A stretch of 64,000 bases of DNA from a virus (taxonomy: Duplodnaviria > Caudoviricetes): the IMG/VR virus record IMGVR_UViG_2974586258_000001, positions 58,964-122,963 of that record; one strand, 5' to 3'. Shown here one piece after another: positions 30,890 to 42,755 of this stretch (its first letter is position 1; every line of letters begins with the position of its first letter). Position numbers and translations under genes: made by a program. Below the pieces are notes generated by a model. The model searched no databases, had not been told where the DNA came from, and saw only the letters and a program-made list of their open reading frames with translations.

Positions 30890-31127
30890 TCAAGGAAAAA
30901 ACAATGGAAATTCTAAATGTTTTGCAACAACTATACCTATTTGATATCTGGGTATTCAGTCAGTGGTGGTTGTATGCACCATTGCTTATTCCGGCTATGT
31001 TTTACTTTGCATTCTTTGTTGTTAAGTGGGCAGTATTAACGTTGCCTGTATGGTGGCCTATTATTGCAATCATCAAAGCAATGAAGACTAAAACAGTTAT
31101 CCATGTTAAAGAAAAGAAGGAGAAAGA

Positions 31128-32501
31128 ATGAAAAAGGTTGTAGATATTATTAAAGAACTTCGTTCGACTTCTTCTCGTAATGAGAAGGAAGCAATCTTGA
31201 CTACAAATAAAGACAATGAAACCCTAAAGAAAGTTTTCTACCTTGCTTATGACCCGAGTATCAACTTTTATATTAAAAGTATTCCATATGAAGATAATTG
31301 GAAACACGGGGAATATTTTGAGTATGATGAGAATGATGAGTTTGAGATTTTGTTTGATGTTCTTGAAACAATTTACTCTCGTGAACTGACAGGGAATAAA
31401 GCAATTTCTTTTTTGACTGGTGTTTTGTCAGAACTGTCAACTGAGATGCAAGAACTAATTTGCAATATTGTCAAGAAAGATTTGGATTGTGGTGTCCAGA
31501 CAACTACAATTAATAAAATATGGAAAGGCTTGATTACCGATCCGCCATATATGGGTTATCAGTTGTTCAGTGAAAAACTAATTAAAAGTTTCAAACTTCC
31601 GTGTTACTCACAAATTAAACTTGATGGTCTGTATGCTGACGTATTTGTAATGAAAGATTCTGTTAGTTATCGTTCACGAAGTGGTATTAATTGCAAGTTC
31701 AAACTTCCAGATAATGTAGAAGAAAAACTTCTTAATTTGTCACAGTTCAGCGATGTTGAATTTGTCCTACACTGCGAGGCTCTTGTCCGCAAAGGTGAGA
31801 GTTTTACAGAGTTTGAGGAACGCAAAATTGGCAATGGATACTTGAATAGTGATGAATCTGATTCAGAGAAAGTTGTTATTGTTATCTGGGATGTTGTCGG
31901 CATTGATGAATATAACAATCGTAAATCAACAGAAGACTATATTGAACGCTTTAATCTCGTAGAAAAGATTGTAGAATATGTTGACACACCACACATTCAA
32001 ATGGTAGAGTCTCGTTTCTGTAATGCAACACAAGAGGTCATAGACCATTTCGTAGAAGCACGTTCTAAAGGACTGGAAGGAACTGTAGTCAAATCACCTA
32101 AACTTAAATGGAAAGATGGTAAAGTCAAAGATGGTTTGAAGCTCAAAAATGAATTCGAATGTGAAATGAAAATTATTGGTTTCCAAGAACACAGCAAAAA
32201 GTCTGGACAAATTGGTGCAATCTTTGTAGAATCTGAAGATGGTTTCGTGAAGTGCAAAGTTGGCAGTGGTTTGACTGATGCACAACGCAAGAAATTCTTC
32301 TTGACACAAGATGAAATGATTAGTAAGATTGTTACAGTAAAAGGAAATGATCTTGTAACCAACGAATTGAAACAAGACCAATATAGCATTTTCTTGCCAC
32401 GATTTATTGAAGTACGAGATGATAAGACTGTTGCTGATACTTTTGAAAAGATTTTATCAACAAAAGATAGTATCATTGATTTACTAAAACAAATCAAATA
32501 A
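31128..32501 (+). CDS. ATP-dependent DNA ligase
   Basis: KLDG, EG.VVK, K.K, VGSG, FLPRF..VR.DK. Confidence 0.93.
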   Translation: MKKVVDIIKELRSTSSRNEKEAILTTNKDNETLKKVFYLAYDPSINFYIKSIPYEDNWKHGEYFEYDENDEFEILFDVLETIYSRELTGNKAISFLTGVLSELSTEMQELICNIVKKDLDCGVQTTTINKIWKGLITDPPYMGYQLFSEKLIKSFKLPCYSQIKLDGLYADVFVMKDSVSYRSRSGINCKFKLPDNVEEKLLNLSQFSDVEFVLHCEALVRKGESFTEFEERKIGNGYLNSDESDSEKVVIVIWDVVGIDEYNNRKSTEDYIERFNLVEKIVEYVDTPHIQMVESRFCNATQEVIDHFVEARSKGLEGTVVKSPKLKWKDGKVKDGLKLKNEFECEMKIIGFQEHSKKSGQIGAIFVESEDGFVKCKVGSGLTDAQRKKFFLTQDEMISKIVTVKGNDLVTNELKQDQYSIFLPRFIEVRDDKTVADTFEKILSTKDSIIDLLKQIK

Positions 32502-32510
32502 GGAGAACAA

Positions 32511-32888
32511 ATGATTAAACGACAAACTAAATATTCCGCTGGTGCAGACCTGACTTGTTCAAAGCAGACAACTATTGAACCAAATCAAACTGTGCTTGTA
32601 CCTACAGACTATTACATTGACAATCATGAGTACCACATGTTTTATATGCTTTGTGCCCGCAGTTCAATCGCACTCAAAAAGAACTTGATTTTAATGAATG
32701 GGGTTGGTATCATTGATTCAGACTACAAAGACGAAGTAAAAGTGATGTATCGCAATGTTGGCACTGAACATGTTACCCTTGAAAAAGGTGAACGAATTGC
32801 ACAAATTATTCCTCTTTCATATCTTCCGTTGTTTGAAGCATTAGACAATAAACGAGAAGGCGGTTTTGGTTCAAGTGGGACAACATAA
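32511..32888 (+). CDS. dut: dUTPase
   Basis: SAGADL, RSS, G.IDSDY, RIAQ, R..GFGSSG. Confidence 0.95.
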   Translation: MIKRQTKYSAGADLTCSKQTTIEPNQTVLVPTDYYIDNHEYHMFYMLCARSSIALKKNLILMNGVGIIDSDYKDEVKVMYRNVGTEHVTLEKGERIAQIIPLSYLPLFEALDNKREGGFGSSGTT

Positions 32889-33150
32889 AAGGAGACTCTT
32901 AATATGCAGAGAAGCTTCATCCCACAAGTGGACAAAAGGAGAATTAATTTATGGATCTAGGAACAATTTACAACCTACTTCAGAAAGCACAGACATTTGA
33001 TGAGTTCATGACGTACAACAACGTAATAGTTCAAATCGAAGAAGAAAACCTCTTGACTAATTACCGAAACGGTAGTAAAATAGATGAAGTGAAATCAGGA
33101 AAAAACAAGATTCTTGGTTTTATTAATAGGAATACAAAGGAGGATAAATA

Positions 33151-33746
33151 GTGAAACTTAAGAAAATTAATAAAGAAGGTGATTATGTAGTTAAGATGTC
33201 ACAGGCTGAAATCAATCTTCTCCATGAACTGCTTGGCTATGTATCTTTTAAGGGAATTAAACATTACCCTTTGATGGAAAAGACAGTGAAAAATATGTTG
33301 GATTTTACAGACGATAATGCTTCAATTGTAGATGTCTATGAGTGTTTTAAGTTTGTAAAAGATAAAACATTTAAAGATCATGGTTCACTTGAAGTTATTA
33401 AAGACCTAAAGACACAGTAAGTTAAATAGTTAATATAATTTATCAAATAAACACAAAGGAGAAATAAATGAAAGTAAAGAAAGTAACCACATCAGGTAAG
33501 TATACTGTTCAGATGGATCAACTGGAAGTAGATGCAATTGGTGAAATGCTTGCATATGTAAATGTGGTTGAAGATAGTGGATATAAACTTACGGATAAAG
33601 TTTTTAATCAACTAAAAGATTTTGCTGCCATGTATGCAGCACTCCACACAGAAGGTGTTCTTCAAATGCAAGAAGCTGGTATTTGTGAGTGTTGTGATTG
33701 TCCAATCTATGAACTTGTCCCATGTAAAGATTTTAAGAAAGTTTAA
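33151..33746 (+). other. tandem paralogous small genes (33151-33420, 33468-33746)
   Basis: Shared MK.KK....G.Y.V.M.Q.E......E.L.YV. Confidence 0.65.
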
Positions 33747-33786
33747 TTAATTTAATAACTTAATAATTTAAAAGGAGAAATAAAAT

Positions 33787-34098
33787 ATGACCAACTCAAA
33801 TCTAATTTCGATTGTACCGTCCGATCAGGCTGCCCGAGAAGATCTGGTAAAAGGGCTGAATGAGTATATTAAATTAGAAGAAATTATCGAATCATCAAAG
33901 GAAGCTATGAAAAACATTGTAACTTCTCAGTATGAAAAACATTCTGAACAATTTAGTGAGCCACTTAAAAAGGGAAAATTTTCTAAACAATTTAAACTTG
34001 TCGTTAAAGAACATCTCGCTGCGAAAGCTAGTGAAGCTATTCAGGAGAACGACGAAGCAATTGGTGCTTATGAGGTGATTAAAAATAAACTGATCTAA
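33787..34098 (+). CDS. small helical protein, possibly DNA-binding (T4 DsbA/GapR-like)
   Basis: 103-aa amphipathic helices; followed by a hairpin terminator at 34116-34142. Confidence 0.4.
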   Translation: MTNSNLISIVPSDQAAREDLVKGLNEYIKLEEIIESSKEAMKNIVTSQYEKHSEQFSEPLKKGKFSKQFKLVVKEHLAAKASEAIQENDEAIGAYEVIKNKLI

Positions 34099-34152
34099 AC
34101 TTAATTATGATGTGTGAGCCTCTTAACTGAGGCTCTATTTTTAGGAGGAATA

Positions 34153-35208
34153 TTGACACAAAAATATAAAATGTGCCACGTAGATTTCGATACATGTTTG
34201 TTCAGAGCTGCTAAATCTTGCCAGAAAGATTATATTATTGTTACTCACAAAGAGACAGGATGGAAACAACGTTTTGATGGTGTATCTAAATTCTATGGAC
34301 TTGGTAAACAGAAAAATAAAGGTTGGATTGGTGAACAAAATGCAATCAGAGAAAAACAAAAGAAACCTCTAATTTCCGCTGATGATTTTATTATTGAAGA
34401 ATGTGCAGAACTTGTTGATATAGAAGAAGTTGTTTTGAAACAAGCACTAGATTTGATTGATTTCACAGTAGGTCGTATTAAGAAAGCTTCTGAAGCTGAA
34501 GATTATAGACTGTACATAGCAGGAACAGGCAACTGGCGGTATGATGCTGCTAATATCCTGCCATATAAAGGAAACCGCAAACCAAAGCCCATATTCTTCC
34601 TCGAAGTCAAAGAAGCACTGATACAAAAATATAAAAATAAAATTGTTATAGTAGATAATGCAGAAGTTGATGACAAAATTGGTGAAATTGGCTGGCAAAA
34701 TTATTTAAACTTCAGAAAAACTGGAAAGTGGGAACATGTTCTTTCTTATATTGATAAAGATTTAAAGATGATTATTTCTCCACACTTCAATTATGATAAA
34801 TGTGATGAAGGTGTTGAAATAAATACACCAGAGGAAGCCGCTAAGTGGTTCTGTTTGCAATTGTTGGTCGGGGATAAAACTACAGACAATATTCAAGGTC
34901 TTCCTAACCTATCTCCAGAGTTTCAAGAGAAATATGAACTCCGTAAGTGTCGTGGTTTAGGAAAAGAAACAGCACTAAAGATTCTAGAAGGTAAAAACAT
35001 CAAAGAGTCTTTTGAAGTTGTTGTTGAAGCTTACAAATCATACTATGGAGAAGATAAGAAAAAACTCTTGACTTTCCGTGGAGAAGAGTTAGAATACAAC
35101 TGGCTAGATTATTTAAAGGAAAATGGACTACTCTTATGGATGAGGAGAGAGCCAGATGAGATGTACAATATTGAAGATACTTTAAAACGGTTAGGTATTG
35201 AATATTAA
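34153..35208 (+). CDS. 5'-3' exonuclease (RNase H/flap family)
   Basis: D.D, YKGNR, E.DD, DKDL, GD..DNI.G; TTG start after AGGAGG. Confidence 0.85.
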   Translation: MTQKYKMCHVDFDTCLFRAAKSCQKDYIIVTHKETGWKQRFDGVSKFYGLGKQKNKGWIGEQNAIREKQKKPLISADDFIIEECAELVDIEEVVLKQALDLIDFTVGRIKKASEAEDYRLYIAGTGNWRYDAANILPYKGNRKPKPIFFLEVKEALIQKYKNKIVIVDNAEVDDKIGEIGWQNYLNFRKTGKWEHVLSYIDKDLKMIISPHFNYDKCDEGVEINTPEEAAKWFCLQLLVGDKTTDNIQGLPNLSPEFQEKYELRKCRGLGKETALKILEGKNIKESFEVVVEAYKSYYGEDKKKLLTFRGEELEYNWLDYLKENGLLLWMRREPDEMYNIEDTLKRLGIEY

Positions 35209-35619
35209 CAAAAGGAGAATAGATGATGGCACATTTCTTTAGTGAGTGTGGTTATACTGTTATTCAACTATTTGGATATAGGTTTCAAATTGTAGATCGC
35301 AAACGCAATCCAATTCTTAGTAGCTCTGAACTTCCTGTATTTAATCAAAAAGAACTTAGAGTCTGGAGATATGGTATGAGTATTAATAAAGTTTAAACAA
35401 GGAGACAAATATGAATCAAGAACAACTCAAACAACAAGAAGAGAAAGTAGTAGAATTTATCCAGAATACAATTCCGGTATTTAGATATGATAAACTGAAA
35501 GTCAAACGACTCAAGAAATATGATGGTGAACAGCTTTCACAGGAACTGATGGATGATTTGAAGGAATGTCTTATGAGTAGTGTTGAGTATAAAACTGTTA
35601 CCAAAACAAAAGAGGTTGA

Positions 35620-36219
35620 ATGAGAAATGTATTAAGCATTGATCAAAGCCTTGCAAAATGTGCGGTTGTTGTTTGGAATGATAATGTACCCGTTTTCTGG
35701 GATGTTTTTAAGTCAGGTGGCATTGAGTGCAAGAAGAAACTTAAAAGTGTCACTTATTTTGAAAAAGAAGTTGACAAGATTGACTTTATATCTGATAATA
35801 TTATATCGATTGTACACAAATACAATATAGAAAAAGTCATACTTGAAGGGCTTGCATTAAATGCTGTTGGTAATGCAACAAGGTCTCTTGCTGGGTTGTA
35901 TTATGTTTTGTTGTATAAATTGAAACAATTAGATTTAGTTGAACCAGAAGATATAGTCGTTATATCGCCTACGCAAGTTAAAAGCAAAGCTAGATTATTG
36001 ATGGAAAACAACGGTGAACTTGAAACAATTAACGACAAAGGTAAGGCTAAGAAGTCTAAGATAAAAATGGATAAGCAAATTATGACTTCCATTGCAGAGC
36101 AATATTGGCCTCAAGTTCTTGACGGATACAAGAATAGTGGTGAAAATGCAGGAAAAGAAGATTTGTCCGATGCCTGTCTGATTTATAATGCTTACTTGCA
36201 ATTACAAAAGGAAAATTAA
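35620..36219 (+). CDS. RuvC-like Holliday junction resolvase
   Basis: LSIDQS, ILEG, P.Q.K, D..DA. Confidence 0.8.
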   Translation: MRNVLSIDQSLAKCAVVVWNDNVPVFWDVFKSGGIECKKKLKSVTYFEKEVDKIDFISDNIISIVHKYNIEKVILEGLALNAVGNATRSLAGLYYVLLYKLKQLDLVEPEDIVVISPTQVKSKARLLMENNGELETINDKGKAKKSKIKMDKQIMTSIAEQYWPQVLDGYKNSGENAGKEDLSDACLIYNAYLQLQKEN

Positions 36220-36577
36220 TGAAACTTCAATATGATGTTAGTGGTTCAAACAATTGCATTGATCTTGTGTTATTGAATCATGCAACTTCTGACGCAATCC
36301 GTTATGCAGATGAAGGGAACTATGATATCATTAACACTAAGATTGTGCAGACAACAGCAAGCCATGAGTTTGTTATTCTATTCCGAATGGAAGTTTTGTT
36401 AAAGGAGAAATAAGTGAAACTAGTTAAATTAGGAGATGACAGTATTTTATTTATTCCAGTCACAAAACTAGAAGTTTTAAGCCTTTGGTTCCTGTCGTGG
36501 TTTGTCGGCGATTATGGCAAGTGTTGGAATCCTGAATCATACCCTATGAATCGAAGATTAAAACTTGAGGGGATTAA

Positions 36578-37153
36578 GTGACAAGAAAATGTAAAAAGAA
36601 GACTACAGCAAAAAGAACAACAAACAGGAGAAGAATAGTTTATAATTTTGTCTACGATAAAGATAAATGGATTAAAGGTTCTGCTCAAATAAAGAAACAT
36701 CGTGAGATGCTTATTGAAAATACCTCTGAAAGCTCCTGTATGGCCTCTGGATTGCATTTCAGTAGTGAAGGGTTACAAGGGTACACCCTCGATCATTGCC
36801 ACGCTACAGGACTGATTAGGGGCGTTTTACGAGCAGACATTAACATCTTCCTTGGACGTATTGAGAAATACTTCAATAAAATCTTAGGTAAAACTGGATT
36901 ATCTTTGACAGAAGTTCTTGAAGGATTGTTAAGTTACTTAAAATCAACAGAAGAAGCTAGACAAACTGGAAACTATGCGTTAGACTTCCGTATTGTTGAT
37001 GCTGAACTCAAGCGAATAAGTAGGTGGAAAACAGAAACCCTCTTCAACAAACTTAAAAATAAACTTGAACTTTTACCAATAGAAGAGTACAATCGTCAAC
37101 AAATAGTAGAAATGTATATCAATCAATTCATAAAAGAAAAGGAGAACAACTAA
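36578..37153 (+). CDS. endonuclease VII-like protein
   Basis: LDHCH.TG.IRGVL...N..LG. Confidence 0.75.
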   Translation: MTRKCKKKTTAKRTTNRRRIVYNFVYDKDKWIKGSAQIKKHREMLIENTSESSCMASGLHFSSEGLQGYTLDHCHATGLIRGVLRADINIFLGRIEKYFNKILGKTGLSLTEVLEGLLSYLKSTEEARQTGNYALDFRIVDAELKRISRWKTETLFNKLKNKLELLPIEEYNRQQIVEMYINQFIKEKENN

Positions 37154-37701
37154 TATGTATGAATCTCAGTATAACTCTAACCCAACCCTGACTCTTAACC
37201 CATTCACCGATAGCATTGAAGCTATTGCTGTCTTCAAATCAAACAAAGAGTTTCTTGATAGTCTGAATAAAGCTATTGTTGATGCAGGTGGAACTCCAGA
37301 ATCTGTTGTTCGTCCTGAAGTAACTCTAACTGAACTGATGAACACCCTATCTCTTTCTGGTATTCGTTTTACTTTTGATCCAACCTTGAAGAAAGGTAGC
37401 AATAGTAGTATCCCTGAGACCAATACTGATGTTCCTGTGAGTAATAGTGAGACACAAAGTACACCAAATGAAGTAGTTATCCAGATTACTGGTGATATAG
37501 ATACTGTTGTAAGTGAATAAGGAGAATATCTTATGGTTCAGTTGACAAAGTTGGCCGGGAAGGTTAAAATTCATCTTGATGATAGATATTGTCTGGTATC
37601 TAGCACCTTGCATAACAAGATTGAGTTGTTTAAGGAGGAACACTTCGTCAGGGATTTTACCAACTTGTATGCTGCGATTAAATATTATGAGGAAGTAACT
37701 A

Positions 37702-38202
37702 TTGATTCTTGAAAGTATTCTAACTTATCATCTAATTGTTGGGGCCATCTTACATGGCCCTCCTTTTAAGATTAGAGAAAATATAGTTGTTAATAACAAC
37801 GAGTATAGGTGTGCCGTGCGCAACTTGTATTATGAAGGTCGCGGAGAGGGATTAATAGGACAAGCTTACATTGTTAAGACTGTTCTAAATAGAGTACGTG
37901 ATACAAAACACCCGCATTCAGTGTGTGGCGTAATTTATCAGAGTAAGCAATTCTCTTGGACACATCAGATTCCAAAGAATAAACATAAAGTTCCAAATAA
38001 GACAACATCAGAGAAAGAACTTTTAAAACAACTTGAGGCTCTTTCAACTGTTGTTATCTTGTTAGACCGTGTTGGAATTGATTTTACACAAGGGAGTCAG
38101 TTTTACCACTCAGTTAAAGTCCAGCCAAATTGGGATTATAATAAATTAGAAAAGGTAAAAATTGTGGGAAACCACGTGTTCTACAAAAGAAAGGGGAGAT
38201 GA
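37702..38202 (+). CDS. cell wall hydrolase (SleB/Hydrolase_2)
   Basis: C...N.YYE.RGE, V.NRV, VC.V.YQ..QFSW, G.H.FY. Confidence 0.88.
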   Translation: MILESILTYHLIVGAILHGPPFKIRENIVVNNNEYRCAVRNLYYEGRGEGLIGQAYIVKTVLNRVRDTKHPHSVCGVIYQSKQFSWTHQIPKNKHKVPNKTTSEKELLKQLEALSTVVILLDRVGIDFTQGSQFYHSVKVQPNWDYNKLEKVKIVGNHVFYKRKGR

Positions 38203-38587
38203 TGAACAAATGGCGAAGACGTAACTGGATTAGAAGTGCAAAACATTACTATATTATTTTGTTCCATCAAACAGAAGCTGAAGCAAATTATCATGCTAAC
38301 AGGCTTTCAGAAGACATGGAGAAAGAGTATGGAAAAAAGGTGAAACACTGGCCTTTACCTAGAGGTATCGTAGAAGAAGATGTTTCTTATTGGGAGAGAT
38401 GATGAACCTAGTTGACGCAGTTGTTACAAAAGTTCTGAGTGAACCTTACCCACTCTTTAATAAGTATTGGGTAGATGTTGAGTATAATTGTTACGGGCAG
38501 GTGTCCGAGACTAATATTAGGTGTTCAACGGAAGAAACTGCTAAAGCAATTAAAGTTGGGTATACATTTCAAGTTTAAGGAGAATAA

Positions 38588-39844
38588 ATGAATTTTAAAT
38601 ATTACAACGAAATTATAGACAAAATTGTAGCTCTAAAACAACAAGGCATCGGCTCTCGCCAGATTGCAAAACAACTGAATATTGGGAAATCAACTGTAAA
38701 CCAATATTACTCTGCATGGATTGAACTTGAAGATTCAAATAAAGAGATTATTACAGATACAGAACAAGAAGATAAAACTTTTGAAGATAATCTAAATGTT
38801 CTTTGTGAGCATCCAGACTATTCGGTTTCTAACCTTGCAAAGCGTTTACGTCATGCACACAGAGCTAATAATCAACTTCGTAAAATCCAACGGGAAATTG
38901 CAGATACTGATTTTAATTTTAAAGAGATGCTTGTTGGTATTGAGAAAGCTGTAGATAAAGTACAAGTTTCAAAGTACTCTCCACGAGTTTATCCCGCTGT
39001 TGCATCTAAACAGAATGGTGCTGTTGAGGTATTGTTTTCTGATTGGCAAATTGGTAAAGTAGCACAACACTACAATACAGAAATCGGTATTCGTGCATTG
39101 GAGGATTACGGCCAACAAGTCAGGACTTTTATACTAGATAAACAACGGACTAAAAATGTAGATAAAGTTGTATTTGCAAGTCTTGGCGATATTGTAGAAG
39201 ATCATATGAAGCATGGTATCCAATCAGCCGTTGCGTGTGATACAGGGCTTTCTGAGCAGATTTCTAATGCTATTGTTTACATTTGGGAATACGTTCTCGA
39301 ACCTATTTTACAACTTGGCGTTCCTGTGGAGTTTGTAGGTATTGCAGGTAATCATGGTTCTAGTCAGCACAAAGGTATGGATATTTATAAGGCTGGTTTG
39401 TATTCTTACGATTATGCAATCTACACTGCACTAAAACAACTTGCAAAAGTAGGTAAGTATGATAATATTACCTTCAACATCCCACATGGTGCTTTCGGTC
39501 ATGTGGAGATTTATGGTAACACTGTGATTTATGAACATGGATATTTTAACAGTGCAACAGAGAAAAGTATGTCTGACCAAATGAAAAAACGTGGGCAACA
39601 AATTAAAAAGCACGTAGAATATTTCCGTATCGGTGACATGCATCATGTATGCTCTTATGATTGCCATAAGATGGTACTTAATGGGGCGTTTTTCGGCGTA
39701 GATACAGCAGCTACCGAATATTCTGGTGTGCTTGGGTTTAGTTCTATACCAGCACAAGTAATTATGTGGCATGAACCAGAAGATAATATTGGTAAAAGTT
39801 CAGTTAAAGAGTTTAAGACAATTCAACTTGCAATTGTAGAATAA
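38588..39844 (+). CDS. HTH + calcineurin-like metallophosphoesterase
   Basis: N-terminal SRQIAKQLNIGKSTVN; SD.Q.G, GD, GNHG, HG, GD.HH. Confidence 0.8.
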   Translation: MNFKYYNEIIDKIVALKQQGIGSRQIAKQLNIGKSTVNQYYSAWIELEDSNKEIITDTEQEDKTFEDNLNVLCEHPDYSVSNLAKRLRHAHRANNQLRKIQREIADTDFNFKEMLVGIEKAVDKVQVSKYSPRVYPAVASKQNGAVEVLFSDWQIGKVAQHYNTEIGIRALEDYGQQVRTFILDKQRTKNVDKVVFASLGDIVEDHMKHGIQSAVACDTGLSEQISNAIVYIWEYVLEPILQLGVPVEFVGIAGNHGSSQHKGMDIYKAGLYSYDYAIYTALKQLAKVGKYDNITFNIPHGAFGHVEIYGNTVIYEHGYFNSATEKSMSDQMKKRGQQIKKHVEYFRIGDMHHVCSYDCHKMVLNGAFFGVDTAATEYSGVLGFSSIPAQVIMWHEPEDNIGKSSVKEFKTIQLAIVE

Positions 39845-39869
39845 CTCAAGTATACTTATTTAAAGCCGC

Positions 39870-40508
39870 TTGAGAAATCGGCGACTTTTGTTTTATAAAG
39901 GAGGAAATATGGAATATAAAGCAGGTGATATAGTGGTTGCTAGAAATATTCATAATGAAAATAAGGAATTTATTTTCGAGGTTGACGATATTGTTGTACA
40001 AGATGGGGTACAACTTCTTTATGGTAAAGATGTTTTTAGCGGAAAAAATGTGTATGCTGTACATGGACGGTATTGTAAATTGTACAGTAGAAGTGTAAAA
40101 GTTTCTGATGTAGAACGGTTATCAGAACTTACAAAAGAGGAACACCACAGAATGCCTCAAGGTTTGGATAGAGATTCACGCCACAAGTGGGCCAAGGAAA
40201 CATTAAGTGCTATTGAAAAACAGAATAACGAACCAATTGAATCAGATGGCAAATCTTCTAGTTACTATGACCTAAAACTTAGGCAGAAAACAATTGATTT
40301 TATTAAAGAAAACGACTATGTTAAGACAGAAATGCTGATTTATGATATTTTCGATAACGACTTTGATTTCTCTAATGCTTTTAAGTCACTTGTCCGTGCA
40401 TGGGGAACTGTGAATGGCGCAGGAAAGAAGGGTAACAGTCTTGATTATGAACTTAACAAAATTGATTATAGTGTAAATAAAATTCGAGAATATCGAGGTA
40501 ATGAATAA
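39870..40508 (+). CDS. conserved phage hypothetical protein
   Basis: SDG.SSSYY and F...NAFK...R motifs; likely start ATG near 39909. Confidence 0.6.
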   Translation: MRNRRLLFYKGGNMEYKAGDIVVARNIHNENKEFIFEVDDIVVQDGVQLLYGKDVFSGKNVYAVHGRYCKLYSRSVKVSDVERLSELTKEEHHRMPQGLDRDSRHKWAKETLSAIEKQNNEPIESDGKSSSYYDLKLRQKTIDFIKENDYVKTEMLIYDIFDNDFDFSNAFKSLVRAWGTVNGAGKKGNSLDYELNKIDYSVNKIREYRGNE

Positions 40509-41175
40509 TATGTGTATGTCTGAAGCCGCATATTTTTCGGAATATTTAAGGAAAAATTTTCCAACAAACAACCTAAGTGGGATAAGAAGATCCTTAGTTC
40601 GGGGAGTTGGATTAAATGATGCTGATTATATAATAAAGCATAAAACTAAAGGTAGACAGTTAGATTGTCCTGCATATCACGCATGGAGATTGATGTTATG
40701 TAGAGCACATAATGAAAAGTTTCATGCGAAACACGAAACATATAAGGATGTTCTTGTTTGTGATGAGTGGTTAATATTTAGTAATTTCAGAAAGTGGTTC
40801 ATATATAATCATGTAGATGGTTACCAACTTGATAAAGATTTGCTTAGTGAGAAAAGTGTTAAAATTTACTCACCAGAAACATGTATATATGTTCCTGCGT
40901 GGATAAACACCTTTATTACAGATAGCAAAGCGTCAAGAGGTAAGTATAAAATAGGCACGCACTGGAGAAAGGACAAGAATAAGTTTGCAGCAGAGTGTAG
41001 ACATCCGATGAAGCACGGTGGTAAATTTATAGGATATTTTGATAGTGAAGATGATGCATATGAAGCGTGGCTAAATAGAAAATTAGAAATTGCATTTGAA
41101 TTAAAACCAGAGATGGATAAAATAGATATAAGAATTTATCAATGTGTGATTAATATAATAAGGAACCTAGTATGA
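40501..41175 (+). mobile_element. HNH-type homing endonuclease with AP2-like C-terminus
   Basis: GVG.ND, CPAY..W..ML.R, EW..FSNF..W, LDKD, IYSPETC; related to 29567-30196. Confidence 0.78.
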
Positions 41176-41744
41176 ACATTGGAATTGATTTTGATTTGAC
41201 AGTTGTTGATTGCATATTCCAAGACGGCGCATGGATAGACCACCTAAATGCAATGTCTTATCGCTATATTTCAAAAGAACAATTTGCAGATATGGACAAA
41301 ATTGATTATAATCTTGGTAAATATTACCCAGACTTGACTGAATCAGAAAGCTTTAGTTTCTGGAAAGATACTTCACTATATCAAAAACTGAAACCATATA
41401 AAGCTGCTGTTGAAGTCATCAATAATATTGCAAAGAAAGGACACAAAATTGTGTTTATTAGCCACTGCCAGCAGAACCACTTCAAGAGTAAGGTAGTTGC
41501 AGCAAAAGAGTGGTTTGATATTCCAAAAGATTCCTTTGGTTTTATTGCAACAAAAGAGAAACATTTTGTTAATGTTGATGTAATGATTGATGACCGTAAT
41601 CTGTTCTTAAATTCTTTTGGTGATAAAGTTATTAAAATTAAATTCGATACCCCATTCACTCAGTGTGCGGAATTAAAAGTATCACTTGACTTTCACAGTA
41701 ATAGTTGGGAAGATATTGGAAGTTTTATTGAAAGTACTTTATAA
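41172..41744 (+). CDS. HAD-family 5'(3')-deoxyribonucleotidase
   Basis: IGIDFD.T.VD, K..W, MIDD. Confidence 0.8.
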   Translation: MNIGIDFDLTVVDCIFQDGAWIDHLNAMSYRYISKEQFADMDKIDYNLGKYYPDLTESESFSFWKDTSLYQKLKPYKAAVEVINNIAKKGHKIVFISHCQQNHFKSKVVAAKEWFDIPKDSFGFIATKEKHFVNVDVMIDDRNLFLNSFGDKVIKIKFDTPFTQCAELKVSLDFHSNSWEDIGSFIESTL

Positions 41745-41755
41745 ACAGGTAAACA

Positions 41756-42755
41756 ATGCAATTAAAAAATGAAAAATTAGATGATTTTATAGGTTGGGTT
41801 AGTCCTGATGGTAATTTAAAAGTGGTAGGGATTGCAGGTAAGAAAGGTAGGGGCCACAACATATAAAGTAACATGTAAAATCTGTTCACAAGATCCTGAA
41901 CTGTTTCCTCTAGGCTATTTTATTAGCACAAAATATAACTTAAAGAAAGGAAAGAAACCATGTGGTTGTGCGAAGAGTTGTCGATGGAGTGAAGAACAAT
42001 ATTTAGTTAGGGTTAGAAGGGTGGCAGAAACTAAATTTATCAAAGTTAATGGTTTTGCCGAAGAATTTAAAGGAAATAATACAAGAATAAATTGTGAATG
42101 TTTGAAAGATGGGTATAAATGGAAACCTATCATAAACACCATCTTAAGGAAATCCCACGGGTGCCCAAAATGCGCTAACCATGTGATAATAACAGAACAA
42201 GAAGCCTTATCTACATGCAAAAAGCTTTGTGAAGAAATGAATTATGAATTTTTAGGGTTTCCGGGAGGATATAAAACACAAGAATCACGGTTTGAATATA
42301 AATGCCCAAAACACGGATTACAAAATGTGATGTATGAGCCTTTTGTAAAAAGAGGATACCGCTGTTGGGGATGTGCAAAAGAAATGACAAATGGAAATGG
42401 TTTTTATCCAGAAAGAGCTGAAGAACAAGATTTTCTATATGTCTTGAATTTTGATGATAAGTTTATAAAAGTTGGTAGATCTTTTGATGTGGACGAAAGG
42501 ATTAAAGACCTTAAAAAACCTTCTGTTTCTGGAATTAAAAATATTGTAAAACTTAGAATCTTTACTGCTACACATCAAGAAATCTATGATTATGAACAAG
42601 AACTACATAATGAACTTCGTGAACGAAACTTTCAACACTATGTTGATTGGAGTACAGAGTGCTTTGAGAATGATTGTCGGTTTATTTTGAATAAACTTCT
42701 TGACCAGTGTAGTTTGGAGGAGGTGTATTGTGAGCAAAGACGCAGAAATTTATAA
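41756..42755 (+). pseudogene. homing endonuclease family copy 4, frameshifted
   Basis: MQLKNEKLDDFIGWVSPDG... is out of frame with ATTYKVTC... by one extra G in the run at 41850-41853. Confidence 0.75.
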
